Source of the DNA: Octopus bimaculoides
Lineage: Eukaryota
Assembly (NCBI RefSeq): GCF_001194135.2
Contig: NC_068988.1
Coordinates: 55,117,767-55,181,550 of the forward strand
Length of the DNA stretch: 63,784 nt
Reading direction: 5' to 3'
The translations under genes were made by a program, and so were the position numbers. Positions 47,934 to 62,570 of this stretch are shown in pieces (within the stretch, counting starts at the first letter, position 1; each line of letters opens with the position of its first letter). Under the pieces are notes generated by a model. The model was given only the letters and a program-made list of their open reading frames with translations. It ran no database searches and was not told the DNA's origin.

Positions 47934-50900
47934 TTATTTTAATATTTAGTTGAAGCAACATAGTTTAAGGTTATCAAGTGATGTAATAGCACTGCTAACA
48001 CAGTATTGACTTATAGAAAATGTTTGACATACCTTGTAGTATACTGTGGTTGCATAACAAAATACAGTGTCCCTACAGGTCATTAATAAAGCAACATAAT
48101 AATTCAAAGGATGAGAGTTTTGTGCATTAGCACTTATCAAACTAGCATGTGTGTATGTATTTCTAAAACACAAATGTTTGTTTATATGCTCACGTATATA
48201 TATGCATATGCATACATAGTGTGTCTGTATACCTCTGAAGGTATATGGTATTTTGAAAGCTGCATGCCATTTGTTTATCTGTACTCCAAGAAAGACATGT
48301 AAGAAAATTGTGAAAGAGGATGTGTATGATGAGTTTTGGCATGTTGTGCCTTGCAAATGAGATCAGATATGACAGGGACAGTGATATGCAATACAGCAGA
48401 TTTGTCTGCTCCTTTCTGCATGTTAAAATGATGATGATAATGTAACTTTACACAAAGACAGACCTATGTTACTTAGATTCCATCATTCCTTTAGAATTAT
48501 TTAGTAAATTGGTTGTTGTCTTGTCCAGGCCAGCCTTGATTAAGACATATGACCACAGGCATTCCAACCTCAATCATCCTGTCTTGTTCTTTTTTCTGGC
48601 ATAGTATACCCAAGACTACATTATTTAATGTATCCTTCCTTCTCTTGGAGTCAGTAGACTTGGTTTGAGGAAAATTTTTCTGTCATATCTAGCAGATTGA
48701 ATGGCTGTGTAGAGACGCCTTCATTGGCTTGTAACCAAATTAGTTACAAATTAATGATCGACATAAATGAATAGATAATGAAAGAAAAAGATTTAATTAG
48801 TGAAGAGGTTCTGAATGCAATTTACCATTCCACCATGCTCTATTCTACAAACTACCATTTGGCTGATTGATATGTTGGTGATATTCCTCTGTTTGGCAGA
48901 TTGTTATATCGCTTATATTCATAGTTGCTGTTAGTAGTGGGTGTACTCATAGAGGTGATAGTGTTACTAGTAGTAGTAGTGGCTTGCTAGTTCAGAGGAG
49001 TAGAGTTTGTTGTAGTAGAGATAGAAGTAAAGAAGAAATATAGCTTGTCTGTTGGTTAGTTGTTGCAGCCTGTTGGTAGTGGTAGTGGTTGTATTAATAA
49101 TGGTTTCAAATTTTGGCCCATGGCCAGCAATTTTTAGGAAAGCAGTGGAGGCAAGTTGATTACATCAACTCCAGTACTTGACTGGTACTTTATTTTATTG
49201 ACTTCAAAAGGCCGAGAAGCAAATTTGACTTTGATGGGTTTTGAACTTAAAACGTAAAGAGCTGGAAAAAATGCTGCCTTAGTTGTTGTAATCATCATCA
49301 TCATTTAATGTCCTTCTTTCATGTAGGCTAGCTTTAGACCTCTCTGGAAGTGATACATATGAAAGTAGGACTACATTGTTAGCATTTCTAATTTTTGGTA
49401 CTGGAGGATTTGAACACTGCATTACAAGCTAATCGGAACACCCATCATCATCATTTTACATCCACTTCTCCTGCTGTATGGATTGAATGGGCTTTCTAAA
49501 GCAGTTTTATGACCCCTCCTCATTATCATTTAGTGTCCACTTTTCCACTGCATGTGTGAGACAGAATTTGTCAAAGCAGATTTTCTGCAGCTGGATGCCC
49601 TTCCTGTTACTAATCCTCACCTGTTTCCAAGCAAGTTAATATTTCTCCATGGTCAAACATGTTTTTCAATGGACAGTTGGAAATGAACATCATCTGTATG
49701 ATGGTAATGTTCATTTATGACCATCTCATGATGTTAGGATAGGGCACACACACATATATACACACACACACGCACACACATGCACACAGTTACATGTGAC
49801 AAATTACTCATAAAGCTTTGATTGACCCAAGGTTATGGAGTAGATGACACATTGGGGCTGAACTCAAGACCGCATGGTTGGGAAGTTTCTTAACGATACA
49901 ACTGCACTGATCAGACAGAAATAGTAAGGTATCAAATAAAATGCCTTTATGACTATATTGGTTCTGACTTTAGAACTTGCTAAGATTGTGTTTTGCGTTT
50001 CATCCTTTCATAATAATAATAAAAAATGCCAAAAAAAAACATGTAAGTTCTGTGTTCTGGGCAGGTGTGTGTATTTAATTTAACTGGCATATTCCCAAAT
50101 TTGAGGACTTGTGTCTATGTTAAAAATCAGTATCATAGTGGTGTAATATATGAGCAAAATGTGGTTGTTCAACCCATCTAGGAGGGCAATAACCTTCAAT
50201 AAAAATCAACTCAGACTGTCACAGCAACCAGTTCAACTTATGCCAGCGTGGGACTTACTTAAAGCCTTTGCTCCCTATGGACTATCAGCCATTGATAACT
50301 TTCCCCTACTGTTCTCAAATTTGGGCTGGCTTTCCCTGAACAAAAGCCTTCCACTTCCAGGACTTGTTGGTTTTGAATTGTTATTGATGCTTTTGTAATT
50401 TTGTTTTTCTTTACGTAGGGGTTGTTGGCCTTATGCAAACCCATTTTTACCTCTGGGAAGAGGTGGCCCATAATAATCTGGCCTCTGTCCTTTTACTTGT
50501 CCAGTATGGTAGGCCCTACCAAGAGTGTGCACTCTGCTGGCATAGCTCTCAGGGTTTCAGCTCTCAGAGGTGAACTGGACTTTGTAGTGGATACCAGCTA
50601 AGAAGTGGACATAAAATGGTGGTGGTGATGCTAATGAGTGCTGCTCCTTGCTATAGTGAACCATTTTGTCTTTTACTAATCTATTTATTACACACTTAGT
50701 TGAAATCTTGAGTTGCTGTGAGTTTAGTGCCTTGGCCACAGACATAATTTGGTACTGATACCTTGGATGAAGTCTGATATCCTATTGATTTGTCTATAGG
50801 TAGCTTTGTTTTTGGTTTCTGCTGAAAGGGGACTCACTGATGGGCCAATCAATTGTAATAGTGTTTCTAGTTGTAGTAGTATTAATAGTGGTTAAATATT

Positions 50901-51632
50901 TCGCTTGACATTTGGTGGTTAGTCTTGGTTACTGTTGTTATATTCTATTTGTGGTTCTTGCAGTAGTTGAGGAATCAATAGAAGACAGTAGTAGTGGAGT
51001 TCTGGTTGTGATATCTGCGCAGTTATATTTGATTATGAGGATATCAATTTCTATTTTGGCATAGTTGTTGAGTTCCAAGCCTACTCTGGAATCCAGTTCC
51101 AGTAGATCTATGAGCTGACATTCCAACTATGGTCATCCACCCTTTTTTCAGATCTAATGTAGATAAGACTATGTTATCCTATGAGTTCTTTGTTAAAACA
51201 GTAGGATGTGACTTGATGGTGACTTGGTTTCTATTTTTATCAGATCAAGTGATTCTATAAAGGTGCACATACTTGATTTAGAAGCAGATGCTTGCTTCCT
51301 TCTTGTTTTGTATTCATTATTTCATTATTGTATTTATTATTTCATCAGAGGCTATCATACAAAGACAAACACACAGCAGTGAGATTAATGTGGCTGGTGC
51401 TCAGTGGGAACTTCTGTAGGTTGATATCATCATCTTTATTTACCATGCACTTTTTCCTGCTTGAATGTGTCTGACAGAATTTGTTGGGAGGCAGATTTTC
51501 TACAACCATCCTTCACCTGTTTCCCAAGATAATATTTTCCCAAAGCTAGTTTCTATTGAAGATGGAAGTGAACAACCTCACTTGTATGACAATGACACTC
51601 AATTATACCCATCATGTGATGTTTAGACCAGG

Positions 51633-51717
<85 letters not shown>

Positions 51718-51899
51718 ATAGACTTCTTGCTGTTTCCATCTACTAAATCCACTCAAGGCTTTGGTCTGTCTGGGCATGGAGTAGAAGATGCATACCCAAG
51801 GTGTAGTACAGTGGAACTGAACCGAAGGCCACATGATTGAAAAGCAAGTTTGTAAACCACACAGCCATGTCTGTGTGTATTATTTGTCGTAATAGTTCT

Positions 51900-53040
51900 T
51901 GTGGAAATAATTCCAGTGTTGCACTTCTGGAGAAGGAGCGAGAAGTGTTTAGTGCAGGGAATTGAAATAGTAAGATTGGTGAGAAGTGATGTGTGAGCTT
52001 AAGATGATGCATAGCTTGCTAGATTACAGGAGTAGAGGATGTTGTAGAAGGGATAAAGGATGGAGAAGAACCATTACATTTGTGAGTGATTCATTGCATG
52101 GTGGTGGGTGAAACTTTGAGAACTAACTGGATAGTTTCCTTTGGATGCAGTAGAGGTTATTTGCATGTATGTGTTGCACTGATGTGAGTCATGCTTGAAT
52201 TTTGTAGTGGATCAGCAACTAATCTCTGAAGAGGAAACATTCTTTGAGATGCAGTTGTGGTAATGTTATATGTATGAGATCACGATGAGAATTTATCAGA
52301 GATGGTGTAGCTAAGCATTTGTAATGATAGAATAGTCTTTAGTTGGGTGTTGCTAATGTGTATAAGAAAGGTGTGGTGTAAAACTTTCTTTTCTTTTTTG
52401 TATAGTGTTTGTGATTTTTGTATTCAAAGAAGCTAAGTTGTGTCACTAATACAGGATATTTTTGAGGGTTGTGTTCACCAAAGCAATACATGTCCTGGCA
52501 TGAGGTATTTAGCTTTTAGTTGGATGCTGCCAGTGTGTGTATGTGCATGGAAGGTTAAAAATGAAAGGTGGGTGGTATTGTGCATGTGAGATTATTTTAT
52601 ATGTTCCAGTGAGCAGTTTATTAGTGTGCTCCTGGAAGGTGGGAAATAAATGACTAAACTTTGAAGTTCACCATATTTGATAGAATGTGATTGAGGGAAC
52701 TAAATCAACAGGTTTGGCAATAGAGATGTCTAATAAGATACTTGTGATCTCAGAGATGAGAGTTAAAGAATTATCCCTAAGTGTGCAAGTTAGCCAACCA
52801 GCTAATCCAGTTGAAGACTCTGCTGAATTAATGGTTTCAATATTGTTTTTTCCGAAGTTCTCAAGTATGAAAGACTGTTGATGTGAGATGTAAGATAATA
52901 GGTTCCATAAGATTGGGACCTATGGAAACCATACTGCTGGTACTCAAGATAACCTTTGAAATGATGTAAGGGAGATATGTTAGTATTTTTCTGGGTGGAA
53001 AAAGTGCATCATGTTTCTATTGACTGGATTAAATCCCTGT

Positions 53041-53085
<45 letters not shown>

Positions 53086-53950
53086 GACAATAGGAGCTCT
53101 TGAGGGTACTGTTTGAATGAAATGGAAGAGAAGTTAGAACCAGTTGTGTTGGAGTGATTTTGTGTTGTTTTTACATACAATGACTTTGTTGGTGAATCAG
53201 GTGGGTGGAGAAAGAGCTTGGGAGGAGTTTTGTGTGTGTGCGCCATGTTGATTTTTTAAGCAAAAGGGAGAGGAAGTATTGTGACATTATCAGAAGTTTG
53301 ACTTAGTTACCATGGTTGATCAGTAGTGGGTAGGAAGATTCTCTAAGCTGCAGTTTGCAAGATAAGAAAATTGACAGGCTGCACTATGCACACAAATATC
53401 CTTTGCTTTCTTAGGGATTATCTTGCAGGATTTACAGTAGTGGGTAAACAACTTTTACTGGTGATAGTTTGTGACTTCTAGGTGTTGTAAAAGTAGACCA
53501 CACCTGTATAGCTGTGATGTATCTGTAAATGATCCACTAAGAGAGTACACGAGAGTTGTGGATGTGATATCAACCCTCTAATTAGAGATGAAGCACATTT
53601 ACTACCGAGAGCAGTCACCGTTGAGGTAATAGAGTTCTGATAGATTAGTTAATTTATCTGAGGGTTTCTGTTGTAGGTAGATGTAAAGTGTGTTGACTTG
53701 ATTAAGCAGATGATCTGATTGGGGATAGGCATGTTGATAGCTTTGTAAAAGCTGGGTTTGGAAGAAAGTGTTGGTCATGAATAGATAAATATACTGAGCA
53801 AAATAATAGACAGTAGTTGGTGATAATGATCAAATGGTGAAGAAGATTATTATTTAGGATTCTGTTTTGATTGTTGTAGCTTTTATTGTTGAATACGAGC
53901 AGCAGAGGAACTGCAGATTTCTTGTTTTTATTTTAACGGTATAGTAATAT
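51900..53950 (-). mobile_element. Highly decayed non-LTR retrotransposon (possibly I/Jockey-like)
   Basis: RT-like SILLDISIAKPVDLVP (~52696-52738, compare LDISKAFD.V) preceded by a QQSF...ESST segment. Many stops. Confidence 0.45.
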
Positions 53951-53989
53951 GGTGTAGCTGTTAGCATTTCTATAGTTTGATGTTATTAA

Positions 53990-54440
53990 GAAAGCCTTTG
54001 GTCAGAGCTATTTCTGCCATGATTGTCCCATTTTATTTTCAAATAAAAGTTTTATCTAAGACTTCATTGACCAATGTGTCCTTTGTTTTTTAATACAAAA
54101 GTGTGTAATTTGAGTGAGTTCTATTTGCAGTTGGTTAAGCAGTCATGTAGAGAACCCCCGCCAATCATTGTTTTTCAAACAGTTTATCTGAGACTTCATG
54201 AGCCAATGTCTTTCAATTTATTTAAGACACAAATGTATAATTTGAAGAAAATTTAGTTGCTGTTTGTAGCACATGAAGCAACCATATAGAGGCCTCTTCA
54301 TTATTTTCAAGCACAATTTTTCTAAGACTTCATTAATCAATGTATCCTTCAGTTTTTTAACACAGTAGTATGTAATTTGAGGTAGATTTAGTTGCTATTT
54401 GTAGTAGGTTGTGCTGTTATGTAGAAGCCTCCGCATTGGC
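53990..54440 (-). repeat. Three tandem ~133-bp units derived from SINE-like family G
   Basis: GACTTCA recurs at 54060, 54192 and 54326. Units match dispersed copies at 48.5-48.7, 28.2-28.3, 39.65-39.8 and 43.0-43.1 kb. Confidence 0.7.
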
Positions 54441-54574
54441 TTGTGCAGCAGTAAATTGTCAGTATGTGTACAGGTATTGGTGGGTGTGTTAGTTGAAATA
54501 GAATGATTGTATAATCACTTTGATAAGAAAAACAATTGTGAATGGATTGGGTGGACGGAAACTTAAAGAAGCCT

Positions 54575-54646
<72 letters not shown>

Positions 54647-55337
54647 TGTGTGTGTGTGTGCTTGTGTCTCATTGTCTTGACGAGTTGTAGAATGATTGTC
54701 ATTGTCATACAAGTGGTGTCCTCTGTTTTTAATTTTCCTTCCATGTAAACATTTCTGGTGATGGGGAAATATCATCTTGATTGGAAACAAGTGAAGATTG
54801 GTGAAAGGAAGGGTGTCTGGCCATAGAAAATCTGCCTCAGTGAATTCCTTCTGATCCATGAAAGAATGGAAAAGTTGTTGTTAAAGAGATAATGTGTGTG
54901 TGTTTATGTAAAAGCTATTTGTATTCTGGTTTTAGAACAGATACACGGCATCTCTGGATGTTGTAAGAAGTGGTTAAATAAGCTATGTTCTCAGTGAACT
55001 TAGTTGGTGACCTAGTTCTGATTTCCATTTAAATCTACTTCATTAAGGCCCTTCAACAAGACAACACACTTTACATAACTTTATTGTACAACGATCCCTG
55101 ATACTGAAACTCTCTTGGTGAGAGAGAAATGTCCTACTGGATAGGACACCAATTGAGTTGGTCACAAGAAACAAAGAGATTAATTGTTAAAAACCCAGAC
55201 ATTATGCAACCACTTTCACTCCTACTGGTGTACTTATTCCAGCCAATAATGCTACAACTATCACATCAGCCAGCATCAACACTTAACCACCATTACCACC
55301 TCTATCAATATCAACTGCTAAAGCTAAACATCTAATA

Positions 55338-56010
55338 TTGGTTTGAAATGTTGGCACAAGGCCAGCAATTTTGTTGGAGGGGTTAAATTGGTTGCATCGG
55401 TTAATTGGTTAAATTGGTTACAAAGGATGAAAGACAAAGTCAACCTCGGGGGAATTTGAACTCAGAATATAGCAATGGACGAAACAATGCTAAGCATTTT
55501 GTCCAATGTGATAAAGATTCAGCCAGCCCACCACCTTAGCAACACATCTAACTCCGGTTTAAAATTTTGACACTAAGCCAGTAATTTCAGGGTAAGTGTG
55601 TAAGTCAATAAAATCAACCCCAGTGCTCAGCTGGTACTTATTTATCAACCCCAAAAGGATGAAAGGTAAAGTCAACCTCAGCAGAAATTGAACTCAAAAT
55701 GTAAGGACGGATGGAATGTTGCTAAGCATTTTGCCTGGCATGCGAACATTTTTGCCAGCTCACTGCCATAGTTGCACATTTAATATTCTAATTCACCATC
55801 ACTAATATTACATCATTTCTATCATAATACTGCAATAAACATAGCCCCTAAGGCAGTGAGCTGGCAGAAACATTAGCATGTCAGGCGAAAAGCTGAGCAG
55901 TATTTCGCCTGTCATTACATTCTGAGTTCAGATTCCGCCAAGGTCAACTTTGCCTTTCGGGGTCAATTAAATAAGCACCAGTTACGCACCGGGGTTGATG
56001 TAATTGACTT
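55338..56010. mobile_element. Cluster of three family D SINEs: two direct (55338-55545, 55556-55770) and one inverted (55851-56010)
   Basis: AAAGTCAACCTC...GAACTCA...GCTAAGCATTTTG occurs twice on the plus strand and once reverse-complemented. Confidence 0.8.
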
Positions 56011-57093
56011 TTAATCCCTTTGTCTGTCCTTGTTTGTCTCCTCTATGTTTAGACCCCTGTGGACAATAAATAAATAAATGTTTAGCCCCCTGTGGACAAT
56101 AAAGAAACAAATAAATGTAGCCCCTATTTAACCCTAAGCACAAAATCCCCCTACAGTAATGCTACCCAAACAAAACAACTATTGTGAACAGGAGAAAATG
56201 CCCATACACACGGTGGTTTTGGTGCAACATTCTGATGAATACAAAGAACAAATACACAGAACTATTTTGTAAAGGAAATTCTAAACATTTTCACGAAGCT
56301 TATTTTTGGTAAAACTTCCTTTACTCCTACACTCCTACATGATTAATGGTTCTTGAGAATATTTCTCACAAACCAACTTAAGAGTATCACAATGATGTGG
56401 TCACAACATCAATGTATATATGCACATATATATTTATATATTTGCTTGCACTCACACACACATTATGTACCATTAGCAGCAGCTTATTTCCACTTTTCAG
56501 GGCAGTATTTCTTAGGTAGTGTTTCATGGCTGGATGCCCTTCCTGTCACAAATTCATTTAACCACTTCTTACAACATCCAGAGATGCCATGTATCTGTTC
56601 TAAAACCAGAATACAAATAGCTTTTACATAAACACACACACATTATCTCCTTAGCAACAACTTTACCATTCTTTCATGGATCAGAAGGAATTCACTGAGG
56701 CAGATTTTATATGGCCAGACACCCTTCCTTTCACCAATCCTCACTGAATGTTTTTTGCTAGAGATCCTTTATTACTGGACCAGTAACTTATCCAGTGTAT
56801 AAACTGCCCATGTAAGTTATAAATTTCCTTCTTAGCTACAATGTACACTTGTGTATCTGCAGTGTGAATGTGCATAGACTTACCTATGTATGTGAGTCAT
56901 CATCATTGTTTTAACATCCACTTCCCCTGCTTGCGTGGGTCAGATGGAATTTGCTGAGGCAGATTTTCTGCATGTGGATGCTCAAAGTAATATTTTTTTC
57001 ATGACCATATATGGTTCCATGGTAGGTAGGAAATGAAGCTTGCCTATCGTGTGATGTCAAAGCAAAGAGACAGTAACACGCACGCACGCACGC

Positions 57094-57172
<79 letters not shown>

Positions 57173-59659
57173 TTTCAGTTTCTGCCTATCCATTCCTCTT
57201 AAATGGCTTTGATTAGCTTGAGGCTATTGTAGAAATTTGCCTAAGGTGCCACACAATAGCACTGAACTCAAAACCATGTGGTTGGGATGAAAACTTCTTA
57301 CTTCACAGCTATTGCATTGGCAGACATTACTGATTAAAAAAGTTTCAGAACAGAATATTTAGTTGTTAACTATGTGGCTTGTTGATGTGATGATACTGAT
57401 GTACCACCAAAAAATTTAACTGGACAATTAGATCTCTAGTTCAAAATTAGCATCTTTGATGATGATGGTGATTAATCTTGATGAGATTAAGCAATTAATC
57501 TCCGTTTTCATCACTTATGTCTAATAATTTGATATGGTCAATTTCTAGTCAGGTAAACTTTTCTCCCATAGTCTGCCCTATTAACTTTCTAATCTTGCAG
57601 TAAAATTGAAATATGTTTACTTCCCTTAAATACCTTCATGTCTCTACTGTAGGCTTTATGTAACCTGGTGTACTTAATAGCATTTGTTAATTATTTGTTG
57701 CATTTCTTGTGCATATGTTTTTAGTAGGAGAACATAAATTTCGTCTTTGTGGTTAAGATGCTAGTCTACTAATTCAAAGGTCACAAATTCAAATCTTGCT
57801 TTGAGTATAGAGTTATACTCTTAGGCAAAACTCACTAGTTTGCTCTCATCATTCAACCTTGAAAAAATTCAGAAAAACTGCCAAAAGGCACTGGCATGGC
57901 TGTGTGATTAAGAGCTTACTTCTCAACCATGTGTTCTCAGGTTCAGTTCCACTGCATGGCACCTTGGGCAAGTGTCTTCTACTAGAGCTCTGGGTTAATC
58001 AAAATGTTGTGACTGGACATGGTAGATGGAAACTGAAAGAAACCTGTTCTATATGTGGGTGTGTGTGTGTGTAATGTGTGTACTCTTTTCAAGACAAGGG
58101 TACACACATGAACATCACCATCATACTAGTAATGTTGTTCATTTCCAGTCTTTTGGAAGAACATGTCTAGCCATGGCAGAATATTACCTTGCATGGAGAC
58201 AGGTGAGGTTTAGCAACAGAGAGGGTGTCCAGCTGTAGAAAATCTGTCTCAGCAAATTCTGTCTGCCCCATGCAATGAAAAGTTATTTCACTGATCCCTG
58301 ATATTTTAAAGGTTAGTTTGAATTCAGATTACTAAGCTGTCAAAAGACCTTCAGCTATGATAGCAAATAGGGTTCTTTATTGTTATTCTGTCTTGAAGTT
58401 GAACTTTAACCAATGTGTTATTATAATAAACAGTATCTTCTTTTTTGTTAATTGTTGTTTCTTGAGAAGAGCATTGTTTGTAGTTTGTGTTGGCCCTTTT
58501 AGATAAGAATTGTCGACAGTTTGTGTTGTGAGGGAAAGTGCAGGCATGCACACGCACATACACACACATGCATGCACACTTTCTCCCTCTCTCTCACCAG
58601 AAGTGAGTTGTCATGAAATTAAGGTCTACATGTAATAAGTACAAGAGCATTTTGAAAGATAAGCATAATGTGGGTGCAGGAAGCAAAGAAGTTTTTATAA
58701 TGGGTAGGTTTAACATGGAGACTATGCAGCTAATAGGCTTTGTTACGAGACCAACTCTAGACATATTCTGGGCATTAGACTCCAAAGATATGGTCCTTGC
58801 ATTTAAAAAACAAAGAATTGTTTGTATAAAATTCGGTTACTTTACTGCTGTCACCGGGGCTGAATGATTTACAAACAAGTTTCCTCTGACTCATTTTTGG
58901 TTTTTCACAACTGCTGTTTGAAACTATAGTTAGTTACAGTCCTTTGAGTTTTCAGAGCTGTATGTGTCAACAGCAATATTATATTTCAAATTGCTCTGTT
59001 ATTCATACTCTCGCTCTCCATATCATTGGAAACTATTTAAAATCTGAGACATGTGTACTAAATTAGTGAACCCACACTCCAACATCAATCATTCGTTTTA
59101 GTAGGTACAGGTACTCTTTTGAGGAGTTACACTTGAAGTATGCACTTGAATTGTGGCAGTAAAGGTAATTTTTTTTCTGTTATTGTTAGATACCACTCAT
59201 GCCAGTCAACCATTAAGCAGAGGTAGGCGAATCTATCTTTCAGCTATTTACTTGTACTTATCTTAGTTATGCACCTAACCTTCAGAGAAACACTACTTAT
59301 AATGGAATAGTATTCTATCCTGGAAGACAATTTGTCCCTCAGCCTATCATTTTAAATACTAAAGCATAGGTCTGGTATTTGAAAATGGATTAACTTAATC
59401 ACTAAATTAGATACCAATCTCTCTGTAAATATTATAGCAATCTTAAGAAATGTGGAATTTATCATTTCATGAAAATAAAAAGAAAAGTATTGTGAAGTGA
59501 TTTAATAGACTTGTTGCAGTTGTACTTCAGTATTGTTCATTAGATCTAGAAGTATTTGCACTGCTTAACAGACCTGTATATTACAGATTACTAAATGGCA
59601 AATTTGTAAACTCAGTGTAACATGAATTTTTTTTTAAAACAATGCATTCACTACATGAT

Positions 59660-59815
59660 TCAGACGTGGCTGTGTGGCAAGAAGTTTGCTTCCCAATGAC
59701 ATGGTTCCAGGTTTAGTCTCACTGTGTGGCATCTTGGGCAAGTGTCTTCTGGTATAGCCAACCAGAGCCTTGTGAGTGGATTTGGTAGATAGAAACTGCA
59801 AGAAAAAAATATATA

Positions 59816-59846
<31 letters not shown>

Positions 59847-60131
59847 ATGGCAGGTGATCAAGATGTTTGGTGCATATACTGTGCTTGTGTAGACCTGTCA
59901 AGCCAAATGAGACCATAGTCATGACCAATGCCAATGTTAGGTCAAGGCACCCATGCTGGTGGCATGTAAAAAACACTGACTACACTCTCAGAGTGGCTGG
60001 CTTTAGGTAGGACATCCAACCATAGAAACCTTGCCAAATCAGATCGGAACCTGGTGCAGCTCCCCGGTTTACCAGTTTTCAGTCAAACTATCCAACCCAT
60101 GCCAGCATGGAAAACTGATACTAAATGATGA

Positions 60132-60177
<46 letters not shown>

Positions 60178-60400
60178 ATGTGTGTGTTACATGGCTTAGT
60201 GGTTAGGGTGTTGCACTCATGATCATAAGATTGTGGTTTTGATTCCTGGACCAGGTGATGTGTTGTGTTCTTCAGTAGATCATATTTCATGTTGCTCTTA
60301 TCTACTCAACTGGCAAAAATGAGTGATCCTGTGATGGACCCTTGTCTGGAGGGTGGGAGGATATATACTCCACATAATCTAGAAAAAACAGCCTTATGAT
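59660..60400 (+). mobile_element. SINE stack: family A head (59660-59800), family E (59870-60135), family B (60190-60400)
   Basis: Recognisable family cores separated by microsatellites. Confidence 0.75.
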
Positions 60401-60879
60401 CCTGTGGCTCAGGAAGGATCTTTGATCCTTTTGATGTGTGTGTGTTACTGTCTTCTTGCATTGACTTCACATGACAGTTGTAAATAAGTCTCACCATCAT
60501 CTAAGTGGTGTCAGTAATTTCCAATCTTCTGTGAAAACATATCTAGTAATGGGGTAATATTAACTTGCATAGAAACAGTTGAGGGTTTGGTTAATTACTT
60601 AAAATTCTTCTCCTTATATAATCAAAGCATACAGCCCCAAAACTCAGTTGGTTCACATGCAGCATTATTACTGCTTTGCAAGCTATGAACACCACCTCAA
60701 TGCATGCAAAAATGATATCTAGAAAGCAAAATATTGTTTTCTCTCTATTGCATGGTCTATGAGTTATTTTGCTGACCAGATGCAGTTAGATTTTTTGGTT
60801 CCTTGGCAAAATGATTCCAACAAGCTTACCTGATTTCCTCTTCATCTTGCAAAAGCCACATTATCATCATCATCGTGGT

Positions 60880-61875
60880 GAGACTCATTTACAGTTATCA
60901 TGTAAAAAGCACTTTTTGAGTGTTGGGCCTCACAGAGGCAAGGTGGCTATCACCGGTGTCATGTAAAAAGCACTTTTCGAGTGTTGGGCTTTATGGAGGC
61001 AAGGACAATGACCGAGACCTTTGGCATTATGCCGTGCATGAGAAGATGACCCATCAAGCCAAGTAAAATCGCAGATACTGGTATCATGCAAATGGCACCC
61101 AAGCTGGTTGCACGTAAAAGCACCCATTACACTCTTGGAGTGGTTGGCATTAGGAAGGGCATACAGCTGTAGAAACCATGCTAAATCAAACTGGATTCTG
61201 GTGCAGCCTTCCAGCTTGCCAGCCCATGTCAAACTGTCCAACCCATGCCAGCATGGACAACAGATGTTAAATGATGATGTGAAAACTCTGCTCACTTCAA
61301 CTAAAAAGAAAAAAAAAAATCATCTTGTTCTAAAGTTGTCCTTTGTCATCCTCAAGCAGTGCTCCTGAACTGGTACTTATTATCTCTCAAAATTTGGTTG
61401 GTGTTAGGAAGAGCATCCAACCATAGAAACTATGCCAAAGCAGATAGTGGAGTTTGGTGCAGTCTGCTGGCTCACTGGCTTCAGTTGAATGCATGCCAGC
61501 ATGGAGAATGAGTGTTAAATGGTGATGATAATGAGGATGATTTTCATTGTCTCCATAGGTTTCTACCCCTTCTTTTGGAAACATACATCAGGTCCCAAGC
61601 CCAAAGAGAGCAACCTGTATTTGTAAGTGAAGAATTGTAATTCATGCCCCATAGGGTTCTTGTATTTTTATCATTTTCCCTCCAAATTTTATGTATATAT
61701 GTAAAAAAGCACCCAGTACACTCTGTAAAGGTTGGTGTTAGGAAGGGCATCTAGCCATAGAAGCCATATCAAAACACATGACTGGAGTCTAGTGCTGCCC
61801 TGTGGCCTGCCAGCTCCTGTCAAACTGTCTGACCCATGCCAGCATGGAAAATGGACATTAAATGATGATGAGTGC
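60880..61875 (+). mobile_element. Three family E copies (60880-61280, 61400-61540, 61700-61875)
   Basis: Repeated TTAGGAAG(G/A)GCAT...CCATGCCAGCATGGA...TTAAATG(A/G)TGATG ends. Confidence 0.75.
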
Positions 61876-62324
61876 TGTGATGTGATTTCATTATTGCAGT
61901 TTCTTTTATAACTATTGCTTTGTTAACCCCATCCTTTTAAATACGGACCTCTGAAATACCTCTACAACAAATGTTTTTGACCAATGCACTGGCGTATTTG
62001 TTTGATGCATATGACCTGCAAGTATTTTAGAAATCCTGCGAGTTTGTTGAGAATCTACTGCTGTTTGGATTGGTTTTGCATATTTTTGTTACTGAATTCT
62101 TAATGACTTATTGCTATATCACAAAAAACAACATAGTGTGTGTGTGTGTGTGTGTGTAATGCTTTGCTCTTGACCATCAACAATGATTTGAATTCGGTTC
62201 TTGCCTGACATATTTCTTTTACTCAATGAAAGTGTGTGGATGAGTTGGAATGGGACAGGTTTCTGGAAATCATTTCTTAGAATGATACTTTCATCTTTAT
62301 ATTTCATTTACTCTGTGTGTGCGC

Positions 62325-62378
<54 letters not shown>

Positions 62379-62570
62379 NNNNNNNNNNNNNNNNNNNNNN
62401 NNNNNNNNNNNNNNNNNNNNNNNNNNNNNNNNNNNNNNNNNNNNNNNNNNNNNNNNNNNNNNNNNNNNNNNNNNNNNNNNNNNNNNNNNNNNNNNNNNNN
62501 NNNNNNNNNNNNNNNNNNNNNNNNNNNNNNNNNNNNNNNNNNNNNNNNNNNNCAGAGGTAGAGTAATATG

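Noticed and set aside
58613-58867. 84-aa ORF downstream of a pyrimidine-rich acceptor-like site in ROCK intron 1
   Set aside because: No similarity to ROCK exon 2 or any family I recognise, and no consistent donor.
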